A stretch of 20,000 bases of DNA. It comes from an uncultured virus (IMG/VR IMGVR_UViG_3300022885_000008). Lineage: Duplodnaviria; Heunggongvirae; Uroviricota; Caudoviricetes. Each line of letters begins with the position of its first letter. Position 1 is the first letter of the stretch. This document shows positions 6,275 to 15,016 of this stretch, in pieces. The DNA lies in IMG/VR virus record IMGVR_UViG_3300022885_000008. One strand, written 5' to 3'. A program made the position numbers and the translations under genes. The notes beneath the pieces are model-generated. The model was not told the DNA's origin. It saw only the letters and a list, made by a program, of their open reading frames with translations, and did no database searches.

Positions 6275-8679
6275 TGTACTTTTCCTGATGGTTTAGGTGT
6301 ACGTTTGTATATTTTATATAACAATCCAACTACGCTGGCGCCTGCAGCTACGGCTGATCCTACACCAGCAGCCTGTCCGTTTGTTCTTAAATCCATTAGT
6401 TGTTTAAGTCGATTTCTCCGGCGCGGTGCCATTGGAGCTTGAGCAGTAGTATTTTTCCCGCTTCGTAGGTCGAAATCTAAGTCAACGTCATTAATATAAT
6501 CTGCAAAGAAATTAGCATCTTCTATGTATTTGATGCGAACTGCTGGCTTGTGTCTTAGCAGTGTACTAATATTAGTTTCCCATTTAGTAGTATCAATTGT
6601 GTGTGATACTTCATTACATTGAAACAATGTATTAGCTTTATATCTGTCTGGAAGCCATCCTCCTTCATTAATACCTTCTACTGTAAATGAATTACCCATG
6701 TAAATTCCAGTGATTCCCGGTGTTACAATTGACAATTGAAGGCTTGCCAGAGGCTTGAAATCTAATCCGTCAGTACTATTCTTAAATTTATTAACAAGAT
6801 TAACAAGTGACGATTTTGCTGCACCTTTTTTATGTCCTGAATTTATGTATATGTATACATCGTTGAAATATTCAAGTACTGGATTTATTTCACCGGCCGC
6901 TTCGTTTGACTGATCTATTGTTATTAAATCAGGTGTGGCATTAGTAGTCGTAGGTGGTATTTTATTTCTAAGTTTATCCACTATTATCTGGTCGTTGTTA
7001 TGACCGTACAATGTGAAAAAAGATCCATCTTTTAATTCAGTAGAATATGATGCTCCAAGTGAAGAAGCGTACGCTGCAGATGCTAATCTATCGGATAGAT
7101 TAGTTGTCATGTTAAGGCTCTTTAAGAACGGACGCTTAATAGTAAAGTCAAGTAACGCGTTTTTTGATTTTATCAAATCAATTATATCTGCGTTGATGCA
7201 ATTAGTATCATATACGGCAAGGCCTGTTTGGTCATATGGTTTCCCGGCCATTGAAAATTCCCAAAGATTACCACATGATTCATTAATTCCACTTAACAGT
7301 CGATTGATAAAATCATTTAAGCGTGGGTTATTACCAAGTGAATTATATATACGTTCAATATAAGAAACATTAACGGCAATATTTCGTAAATATCCTCTCT
7401 TTGGATTACCTGGAACAGTAAAATCTGCAAACTTGTAATCTATTGGCTCTGGTGGGCCAGCGGCCGATGTTTCTGGTGAAAGTACACGTTGGTATGGATA
7501 TATATTGTGTTCTTTGTTTACATAGTTTTTACTACTATTTTTAATAACTGGTGTGGATGCTCCGGCAATATCAACCGTTTGAGTCTGAGGCATGAATTCT
7601 TGTCCAGGTAACATACATACATCTAAGTCACATGATCTTAATTCAGTAAAGTTTAATATTTGATTTGATTCTACACGTGCTTCACTTTCATTATATATTC
7701 TACTATTTATCGGAGTATTTATATACGCTAATAAATAATCTTCGATAAATCCCCAAGTTACAAACATTCTATATTTAGCTGATACCGTTACTTCGCCGGG
7801 GATGGAAGCCACAGAACCAAGCTTAGTAGCTACTGTCAATGCATCATCTGAATTTTTATATAGAGTATTGTATCCATCGCCGCGGAAATTAAGACCCGGT
7901 TTCTTTTTCATTTCGCCATGAGGGGCATCAGGATTGCGCCAATTGCCGCCCCACTCCATTCCGTTATTTAAATAGGCTCGGCCCAATGCTACCCAAAATG
8001 GGTGGTCTAAATTGGGCGGATATATTTCATCTATGGTTGCGCCGCGCGGGAGTTGTATAGCAATATCCACCGCTTGGGCAGCCGGCTTTCCTTTTGAATT
8101 TACAAAGTTATGATACCCAAAATTTACTTGAGTATTCGGACCTTTATTGAGATGTTCCTGCCGAGCCGTACTTCTGTAAGTTTCCATTATTCTAGGATTA
8201 AATCCTTGATTTTTCATTTCGGTTATCACCTTCACCACGGCTTGTTTTGTTACCGGATGTAATAAATCTAATGAAGTTTGAGATTTAGTTACATTTTCAG
8301 TGGTAGGTGTATTATTTGCAGGTGCTGTAGTCGTACTACTGTCAGGCCCAGAAGTTTCAGGCGATGAATAATTTGATGCTGGTTCTTTATTATCAGTATC
8401 AGTATTCGTGTCATTGTATGGTAGATATAACGTTAATCCCTGTACAGTATCATCTTCATCGAGTATTATATATTTATCGGTAGCACTAAGAGTATCAGAG
8501 TTAGTACGGTTGTTTGATATATTACCATTATCTACGTATCGGTATCTATAATATACATCTTTTTCCGTAAGTATGGCTTCTGCTGCTACTTTGGTGAAAA
8601 ATCGATTGGGATCATCTATACCCAAATCACTATCGTATGGATAGTTAATATGATATAATATTTTTTTTATGTCGTCCAT
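6271..8679 (-). CDS. Putative baseplate hub-type structural protein with an internal M15-family peptidoglycan peptidase domain
   Basis: Residues encoded at about 7905-8271 read LHP...ETYRSTARQEHL...GYHNF...AQAVDI...GMEWGGNWRNPDAPHGEM, the signature of M15C (CwlK/Ply500-like L-Ala-D-Glu peptidase). The C-terminal LSIVTPGITGIYMGNSFTV...FQCNEVSHTIDTTKWETNI resembles the end of gp27/gpD-like hub proteins. Position after the LysM gene supports this. Confidence 0.75.
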   Translation of the reverse strand: MDDIKKILYHINYPYDSDLGIDDPNRFFTKVAAEAILTEKDVYYRYRYVDNGNISNNRTNSDTLSATDKYIILDEDDTVQGLTLYLPYNDTNTDTDNKEPASNYSSPETSGPDSSTTTAPANNTPTTENVTKSQTSLDLLHPVTKQAVVKVITEMKNQGFNPRIMETYRSTARQEHLNKGPNTQVNFGYHNFVNSKGKPAAQAVDIAIQLPRGATIDEIYPPNLDHPFWVALGRAYLNNGMEWGGNWRNPDAPHGEMKKKPGLNFRGDGYNTLYKNSDDALTVATKLGSVASIPGEVTVSAKYRMFVTWGFIEDYLLAYINTPINSRIYNESEARVESNQILNFTELRSCDLDVCMLPGQEFMPQTQTVDIAGASTPVIKNSSKNYVNKEHNIYPYQRVLSPETSAAGPPEPIDYKFADFTVPGNPKRGYLRNIAVNVSYIERIYNSLGNNPRLNDFINRLLSGINESCGNLWEFSMAGKPYDQTGLAVYDTNCINADIIDLIKSKNALLDFTIKRPFLKSLNMTTNLSDRLASAAYASSLGASYSTELKDGSFFTLYGHNNDQIIVDKLRNKIPPTTTNATPDLITIDQSNEAAGEINPVLEYFNDVYIYINSGHKKGAAKSSLVNLVNKFKNSTDGLDFKPLASLQLSIVTPGITGIYMGNSFTVEGINEGGWLPDRYKANTLFQCNEVSHTIDTTKWETNISTLLRHKPAVRIKYIEDANFFADYINDVDLDFDLRSGKNTTAQAPMAPRRRNRLKQLMDLRTNGQAAGVGSAVAAGASVVGLLYKIYKRTPKPSGKVQ

Positions 8680-8703
8680 TTATATTCTAATTTAAAAACC
8701 AAC

Positions 8704-9675
8704 TCAATTACCATCTTCTTTTGGGATAGGGTCTAGACCCATGGTCGCCAATTCTTCCGGAGATATTAATCGGCCTGGGTCAACAAATCGATTGTCTAAT
8801 CCATTATTATTAGAATCATCGGGGGCGACGCCTATTGCGTTACCATTGATAATCAATTCACCTGGTAAAATTGCATCCTTACTTTCATAAAGAGAAGGAG
8901 TTTTAATTGGTATTATGTCAGGCAAATAATTAGTCGTGATAGGACGCTCCGCTAAAAAATAGGACGGTGCAATCAATTCTATATTGGCTATATATCCGCC
9001 GCCTTCGCGGCCTGAATATTGAAAACTATATATTACCCCCAGCATAGCACCGTATTTACCAGCGGTATTGTCATCGGGTCCTAAATTACTAGCCAAGAGT
9101 TCATTTAATGGACTATCGACCGATAATATTTTTTTAAGTATTTTATCTTGAATTAACGGCTGTGTATCAGTATCTAATATATTAAGTAATCCACCATCAT
9201 AGTCACTCCACCCCCATTCTAATACACATGATACACCTGGAACCATATAAAATTTTTCAATTAATTCAAGGTCTTTTTCATATGGTATAGTTATTGAAAT
9301 AGATGCTTTTTGAATTGAACCTAATTTACCTTTTTGACCTATAGATACGTTGGTTATTCCTGGACGTGGTGTATTACGTCTTGCATATGAATATTGTGTT
9401 CCAGCTTCTTCAGTTGACCAGCCGGATAATTTACGTGTGTATGGTGTTAATCCTTCACTCTTTACTACATCACCCTGTAATACCCAGTCCTTTGCATGTA
9501 GTTCATCATTAGTTTCAGAATCATATACATTCTTAGCATTGGATGTAAGCCGCATCCAAGGCGTTTTCTGATGAATAGATGGGTCTTTGCTCGCATACTT
9601 ACGTTCTTCAATATCAATTCTATTTCTGATATTGGCGTGAATAGGATCTAAAAATACACCTCTTATACCACTCAT
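8704..9675 (-). CDS. Putative baseplate hub-associated structural protein (323 aa)
   Basis: Beta-rich pattern PGITNVSI...ASISITI...PGVSCVLEWGWS...GVIYSFQYS...YIANIELIA resembles the N-terminal half of hub (gp27/gpD-like) proteins. Located between the LysM-like gene and the 802-aa gene. Confidence 0.6.
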   Translation of the reverse strand: MSGIRGVFLDPIHANIRNRIDIEERKYASKDPSIHQKTPWMRLTSNAKNVYDSETNDELHAKDWVLQGDVVKSEGLTPYTRKLSGWSTEEAGTQYSYARRNTPRPGITNVSIGQKGKLGSIQKASISITIPYEKDLELIEKFYMVPGVSCVLEWGWSDYDGGLLNILDTDTQPLIQDKILKKILSVDSPLNELLASNLGPDDNTAGKYGAMLGVIYSFQYSGREGGGYIANIELIAPSYFLAERPITTNYLPDIIPIKTPSLYESKDAILPGELIINGNAIGVAPDDSNNNGLDNRFVDPGRLISPEELATMGLDPIPKEDGN

Positions 9676-10010
9676 ACTTGATTTTCATTTAATTTATCTT
9701 TAAACGATTGGATGTCGGCCGGGATTCTTAATTGGATTCCCGGTGTAACGAATAGACTACCTTTACCCATACTATTAGCAAGTGCTATTATCCACCATAA
9801 AGACATATCACTATAATATTTATCTGCCAATAAATCTAATCTATCGGTAGATTTAGAAATTATATATAAATCATTATTACTACGATCAGTTGCTGAATAT
9901 AGTGTTGACTCCCTCATTTGAGGTGACTTATTTAACCCGGCTAGTTGATTGGGTATTTTAGGTTCTTTACCTATATACTTTTTTATCTTTGTGTATTGAT
10001 ATCTGGACAT
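9672..10010 (-). CDS. LysM-like baseplate protein (P2 gpX / T4 gp53-like)
   Basis: DRLDLLADKYYSDMSLWWIIALAN...PGIQLRIP is the LysM/tail-X pattern, at the canonical position in contractile tail clusters. Confidence 0.82.
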   Translation of the reverse strand: MSRYQYTKIKKYIGKEPKIPNQLAGLNKSPQMRESTLYSATDRSNNDLYIISKSTDRLDLLADKYYSDMSLWWIIALANSMGKGSLFVTPGIQLRIPADIQSFKDKLNENQV

Positions 10011-10017
10011 GGTATTA

Positions 10018-11529
10018 TCAGTTTGTTAGTCCGCCTGGCAATCCCAGCGTACTTCCACCAGAAACGGAATCTATGGTTGTAATTGGTGATACTGTTGGTG
10101 TTTCCAATAAAAAATCAGAATCGGAATATGATCTGAATCCCTGGTTGTCGGTTGGTATAGTATTGTGAATAAATTGGAATCCTATATTTACACTGGCCGC
10201 TTTAGGTAATGCATTTCTAATTCGTTTTGTATTTGTATCATCAAACCCCAAATCAAACGGTATATCTGTGTTAGGAGATATGTTAAGTGAACTTATAAAT
10301 CCAAGTTGCCCCTTATATAGTTCACCAATTGTTAATTTAATTAATGGTCCTATCATCCTATTTGTATCAGTCATTTTTGGCATTGTTAGCTTTGATAAAA
10401 AGTCAAGCTTTCGAAACATTGCTTTCAATTCTCTTGGATGATGTACATATACTTCAAATGTGAATGCAAGTGATCTATCCATGCCAGTATAGTTATATAC
10501 CTTATCAGGGCGGCCTAGATATTGATAAGATTCCCAAGACGGACTAAATGAATCTGCTATTCCTGATATTGTTCCTCTGAATACTGATTTGTTTCCTCCT
10601 AACCTATCGAATCCAATGGGAATTAAATCACTGTTATTTAGGGTGTTTTGGTATAGATCTTCATCCACATATATGCCATCAATATCAGTTTGCTTCTTAA
10701 TTCCAAAAAATTCTTTAATTGTATTTGATGTGGCATACGAATCAGTTTTTCTAGTATCCAATATTCCTACCCCTGGGATGGCTGGTATTAAATCGGATAG
10801 CTTTTTATTATTATATCCAACAGGCGGTGGTAATCTAAAGTCCCTCCCTGCTTTCTTAACTTCGAAAAACGGTGGCTTAGATTTTAACGTAGCGCCTTTA
10901 TCATATGGTCTTGTTTCTTTGTATAATTGTAATATAGCTTTATTAATACCAAACTTAATTCCATTCGGTGTTAATGCAAATTTTGAAAGTCTAACTACAT
11001 CGAGAGCTGCTCGTTCATCGATAGCGCCAATACCAGAACCACCTATTCCCCATCGTTGCGGTTCCTGTGATTTACCTGATCTTTGAATACCCCTTAATAT
11101 AAATGGTTCCAAACTTCCAGGTGAATCATTCCGTAAATTAAATTTACTGTATTGCCTTAATAACGGCGATTTAGAATTCTGTGTTATTGCATATTTTGTT
11201 AGTGGGCTGGTTGATATATCTGTGGTGGATACAACTGTTCCATATCTATTATTAGTACTGAATAGATTCTTTTTAAATGTTTTTATTTCCCTGCCATCCG
11301 AATAATTTTTATGTGATACATCCGATGTAATGGTTATGTTCTTCCCTGTTGTTGTCAGTTGAACACCCTTATTAGCCGATAGAAATTGGCTAGTAGTCAT
11401 ATTACGTGTAAACCCTGTTGCGTATATATCAGCTATATTGTTTACCGTTCCTGGTACAATATTAGTTGGATTACGCTTCACGTATGAATCATAATATTCT
11501 TTTAGATTTTGTTTTAGTTTTATTGGCAT
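10018..11529 (-). CDS. Tail-tube initiator / baseplate-tube junction-like protein with a long N-terminal extension (503 aa)
   Basis: C-terminal ~190 aa (FRGTISGIADSFSPSWESYQYLGRPDKVYNYTGMDRSLAFTFEVY...GPLIKLTIGELY...GFISSLNIS) has a tube-fold initiator pattern. Sits between the tape measure and the LysM gene. Confidence 0.65.
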   Translation of the reverse strand: MPIKLKQNLKEYYDSYVKRNPTNIVPGTVNNIADIYATGFTRNMTTSQFLSANKGVQLTTTGKNITITSDVSHKNYSDGREIKTFKKNLFSTNNRYGTVVSTTDISTSPLTKYAITQNSKSPLLRQYSKFNLRNDSPGSLEPFILRGIQRSGKSQEPQRWGIGGSGIGAIDERAALDVVRLSKFALTPNGIKFGINKAILQLYKETRPYDKGATLKSKPPFFEVKKAGRDFRLPPPVGYNNKKLSDLIPAIPGVGILDTRKTDSYATSNTIKEFFGIKKQTDIDGIYVDEDLYQNTLNNSDLIPIGFDRLGGNKSVFRGTISGIADSFSPSWESYQYLGRPDKVYNYTGMDRSLAFTFEVYVHHPRELKAMFRKLDFLSKLTMPKMTDTNRMIGPLIKLTIGELYKGQLGFISSLNISPNTDIPFDLGFDDTNTKRIRNALPKAASVNIGFQFIHNTIPTDNQGFRSYSDSDFLLETPTVSPITTIDSVSGGSTLGLPGGLTN

Positions 11530-13184
11530 TATGATAATCCTTCGGGTACACTTCGTATCGACAAGCTTTCGTTTACTTTGTCTCTGTCCAATGTAATAGT
11601 ACCTGATTGACGTACAGCTACAATAAGTTCTTTTAGTAATGCGTTTGTTTCACCACTGTTACCTGACAGACTTGTGCCGCCGATTAACAAGTCATCTTTA
11701 TTGAATTTAATCGGTGGTTTTCCAGGACGTAAAATGAAGTCATCTACTTCTGTAGCTTCAGCTGCTACACTATTTCTACCTTTACCTCCAAATAATCGAC
11801 TTCGTGCCATACGATCAAGCGCTGGTACTATCTTTTTCAATATTGCGTCTTGTATACCAATAACTGCATCTTGAATTTTTTCTTGTGGAGTTCTAAGTTC
11901 TTCTAACTTAGCTGCTACGGCTTCAGACCCATGCGAAGCTGCTATTTCTTGCATTTCAACAGCCTTAGACAGTTCATCAAACGATAGTCCAGCTGCGGAT
12001 GCGAATGCTTCCTGTTCAAGTAGATTCGCATTTCGTAGGAACGGGCCAAACTGATCTATAACCGATTGAACAGCTTTAGCAGGGTCATTTAAAGCCAATG
12101 CTCTGGTTTTATCTAAGTTGAATGATTGGCCCGTAAGTGCTTCTAGCGTAAATTGCGATTCTAATGATGAACCTATGTCCAAGAATCCAAGAGCAACTGA
12201 TCTGGCACGTTCGAAGTTAATACCAATACGTTTTGTTATTGCCACTTGCTTAATCAATTCGGCAGTTTGGCCCTTATATTGCATCCTTACACCCGCTGAT
12301 AATTTGACTAAATCCTTAGTTACCGAGCGTGCATCTACTTGAATGGTATTTCTTTTATTTTCAGCATCAAGTACAGATTCCAATTGAGAATTAAATTCAC
12401 TGACGTTTTGACCTGTAGCTAGTGTATATGCAAGTAATTGCCCGGCTTCATCATTACTTAATTTGAATTGACGAGTCAACTTTGTTACGTCAGCAACCAT
12501 GTACTTAGTCACTTTGGGCATAAACCCAAGTTCACTTGACATTGCAGTTAACGTTCCCAGTTGTTGGTCACGTAGCTTACCGTTCTTCGATAGCATTAGG
12601 TTTAATCCTCTGGCGGATTTTTCCGTCACACCGAATTCCATTCTAATTCGTTGAACTTTCTTTTCATTTGCCGCGAACAATTTAAGTAGGGCAGCGGCTG
12701 CCAATACCAATAATCCGATGCCTGTTGCTGCAATTGCCCTAGTTATCATAGCAAATGCCATTTTACCAGCATTCATAATAGCCTTAAATGAACTTAGACC
12801 AGCCATTTTATTTTTCACATACGCGTCACCCAATGCTTGCGTCATACGGCCTATGCCCTTTTCTATCTGTAACAAGTCGGCAAGCTTATCACCCATTGGT
12901 AATCTACGTAATTGGGCATCAAGTTTCTGTGCTCCCTTAAGTAGCGGACCATTGAATATCTTAGCCTGGTCTGTAAACATATCTTTAGCTTTTGCGGCCA
13001 AATCTACTGCTTTAGATTGTAACTTTAGCTTTTCCTTTAATAGTTCAGTTTCTTTTTTTATAAGAGCATTAAGCTGGCCTTCAGTTTCAACACCATTATT
13101 CTGAACTTTTGTCAGTAAAGTTTGAAGCTGCTCAATTTGAGATTGAATGGCCGACAGGTCATTTATTGGATTTTTTGATGGCAT
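11529..13184 (-). CDS. Tail tape measure protein (551 aa)
   Basis: Ala/Leu/Lys/Gln-rich and helical, with a hydrophobic segment (AIAATGIGLLVLAAAALLKLF). Lies downstream of the tube and chaperone genes. Confidence 0.78.
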   Translation of the reverse strand: MPSKNPINDLSAIQSQIEQLQTLLTKVQNNGVETEGQLNALIKKETELLKEKLKLQSKAVDLAAKAKDMFTDQAKIFNGPLLKGAQKLDAQLRRLPMGDKLADLLQIEKGIGRMTQALGDAYVKNKMAGLSSFKAIMNAGKMAFAMITRAIAATGIGLLVLAAAALLKLFAANEKKVQRIRMEFGVTEKSARGLNLMLSKNGKLRDQQLGTLTAMSSELGFMPKVTKYMVADVTKLTRQFKLSNDEAGQLLAYTLATGQNVSEFNSQLESVLDAENKRNTIQVDARSVTKDLVKLSAGVRMQYKGQTAELIKQVAITKRIGINFERARSVALGFLDIGSSLESQFTLEALTGQSFNLDKTRALALNDPAKAVQSVIDQFGPFLRNANLLEQEAFASAAGLSFDELSKAVEMQEIAASHGSEAVAAKLEELRTPQEKIQDAVIGIQDAILKKIVPALDRMARSRLFGGKGRNSVAAEATEVDDFILRPGKPPIKFNKDDLLIGGTSLSGNSGETNALLKELIVAVRQSGTITLDRDKVNESLSIRSVPEGLS

Positions 13185-13198
13185 CTATTCAGTCCGTA

Positions 13199-13396
13199 TT
13201 ACTTACCAGCGTTCTTTAAGTCTTCTTTATATTTTTTTAAAAATTCGTCCGTACTTTGAACAAGAGCGTCTACCTCACGCTTCAAATCAGCAATTTCGGA
13301 CTGTAATTCACTATCTTGCGCATCAAATTTCTTAGCTAACTTAGATGGGTTAATATCTACTAGCGAAAATATAAATCTGGTAATCAAGCTATTCAT
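13199..13396 (-). CDS. Small coiled-coil hypothetical protein (65 aa)
   Basis: AAGGA Shine-Dalgarno-like sequence and a GATATTTATA motif immediately upstream; heptad-like ELQSEIADLKREVDALVQ. Confidence 0.7.
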   Translation of the reverse strand: MNSLITRFIFSLVDINPSKLAKKFDAQDSELQSEIADLKREVDALVQSTDEFLKKYKEDLKNAGK

Positions 13397-13410
13397 AGTA
13401 ATTCCTTTGA

Positions 13411-13420
13411 TATAAATATC
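13411..13420 (-). promoter_or_regulatory. Putative late promoter motif
   Basis: Intergenic minus-strand GATATTTATA, 14 nt before the ATG at 13396; member of a recurring motif set. Confidence 0.55.
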
Positions 13421-13437
13421 ACGGCAGGTGAATTCTA

Positions 13438-13675
13438 TTACTGCTGTGTATTAAGTAATGATTTAACAGAATCATCCATTGCTATAGATTGACCATCTTC
13501 AGTGCTGGAATTCACTTCCTCATAGAATTCTACAGACTGAGTAATATAAAACTTCCTTAGCCAAATGGGCATATTATACACATCTTGCCAAGTAAAACCA
13601 CCCTTACCGTGGAATATCAGACCAAATATTTGTTGGTGCAGAATGGGCCTGTATTCAAGCCCCTGGCCAAAAAAA
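13438..13675 (-). CDS. Tail assembly chaperone C-terminal part (gpT-like), probably expressed by frameshift from the upstream ORF
   Basis: LIFHGKGGFTWQDVYNMPIWLRKFYI resembles the gpT-like 'xxxxxMPxxxRxxxx' pattern. It overlaps the end of the 277-aa ORF at a T7 run. The track start at 13719 is inside the upstream gene and has no SD. Confidence 0.65.
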
Positions 13676-14488
13676 GTCAATGCCGATGGGTATATCAAAG
13701 AATTCTGATATTTCCTCATCTTCTATTTCTACTTTTATCCTCAAATCTACATCAGGTTGGATTTTTTGTATATATTCCTTTAGTAATATAGAATCACTTG
13801 AAAGTAAATACGTATCTACAAAATCATTAATAGTCGAACGGGAATCATCGCCATCTACAGAAGTTATTATGTGCTTCATTCTAGTGGAGTTGGTTCTTTC
13901 TATTCCAGATGTATTCTTTTTAGCCTGCCGCGTTAAGTCACTCTTTATAGCTGCTTCGGCATGACCATCTAATATCTTAAATGTAATTTGCTTATTAGAA
14001 TTCGGTAATAGAAATGGTACGTTATTACCATGCTCTGTAAACAAATCTTCATCAAATTCTTTATCTTTTAATGTGGTGAGGTCTATTTCAACTTCATGCG
14101 GGTCATCTAACTTAGGAATAATAATTGAAACGCCGTATAACTTACCATATCCAAGTACTCGGGATGCAACCATTATCGCGTTCTTATCACCTAAAACCAA
14201 ATCTCTATAATTAAACGATACACCTTCACCGTTACTAATTATCAATGATTCGAATAATTTGTCTAAAACTATTCCTTTTTTTATTAATGACGGTGTTGAA
14301 AGTATATCTTCCTCACGGGCAGTCATATATTTCATTTCGACCATACCCGATCGTAAAGGATGGCCTTCTGGATATAGGAGGCCTTTTGACGGTAAATCGA
14401 TTATTTCAGTAGGAAACTTTAATTCTGTTTTGGTATACTGGGCAGCGACTTGCGCTTTTAGCGCATCATTTGATAATTCTGTTGACAT
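13655..14488 (-). CDS. Tail/baseplate assembly chaperone (T4 gp26/gp51-like; gpG-equivalent position)
   Basis: PTEIIDLPSKGLLYP...VEMKYMTAREEDIL...LVLGDKNAIMVASRVLGYG...IDFFWP. Lies directly between the tube and tape measure genes. Confidence 0.78.
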   Translation of the reverse strand: MSTELSNDALKAQVAAQYTKTELKFPTEIIDLPSKGLLYPEGHPLRSGMVEMKYMTAREEDILSTPSLIKKGIVLDKLFESLIISNGEGVSFNYRDLVLGDKNAIMVASRVLGYGKLYGVSIIIPKLDDPHEVEIDLTTLKDKEFDEDLFTEHGNNVPFLLPNSNKQITFKILDGHAEAAIKSDLTRQAKKNTSGIERTNSTRMKHIITSVDGDDSRSTINDFVDTYLLSSDSILLKEYIQKIQPDVDLRIKVEIEDEEISEFFDIPIGIDFFWPGA

Positions 14489-14505
14489 AACTTATTTTCG
14501 TTTAA

Positions 14506-14994
14506 TTAGAATTGTAAAATTGCAAAATCATAGGAGAGCGAAAGAGTAATTGTTGAAAATGCGTCTTCAGCCCAATCCATAGCAGAAGGAGTCATATTCA
14601 ATATAAATGCTCCTTTAAGTGTCCATTCTTCTACCTTATCACCAAGTGGTCCTAAGACGTTAATAGTAATATCCTTTTTATAGAAGTCAGCGTAGCCTGC
14701 ACGGCCTGTTACTGATTCATAATGTAACCTCATCCATTCCATTACCGCTTGTGCACCAGATGGTACAATTGGATCATACAATGTCAATTCGATATCCTGC
14801 CATTCAGTCTTACCAGTTACATGTCGTTTTGTATTTATATGATCTAATGTTACTTTGTTAGTAGTAAAGTTTGGTCTTGCCGCACCTTTGATCATAAACG
14901 ATGGGATTCCATCAACATACATAATAAATCTATGATTCTGTTTTGGCTGAAATGTACGGAACATTAGCTCATTAGGATCAATTAGTTCTGGCAT
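14506..14994 (-). CDS. gp19: Tail tube protein (T4 gp19-like)
   Basis: 162 aa with RFIMYVDGIP, GKTEWQDIELTLYDPI, AVMEW, YKKDITINVLGPLGDKVEEWTLKGAF and ITLSLSYDFA. AAGGA SD upstream; follows the sheath. Confidence 0.93.
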   Translation of the reverse strand: MPELIDPNELMFRTFQPKQNHRFIMYVDGIPSFMIKGAARPNFTTNKVTLDHINTKRHVTGKTEWQDIELTLYDPIVPSGAQAVMEWMRLHYESVTGRAGYADFYKKDITINVLGPLGDKVEEWTLKGAFILNMTPSAMDWAEDAFSTITLSLSYDFAILQF

Positions 14995-15016
14995 TATTCT
15001 TATTCCTTTGTTTTAA

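Noticed and set aside
8680..8706. Stop-codon readthrough or genetic-code reassignment joining the 323-aa and 802-aa ORFs
   Set aside because: There are two TAA stops in addition to the TGA. Elsewhere TGA (with ATGA gene overlaps), TAA and TAG (1807) all end genes, consistent with the standard code.
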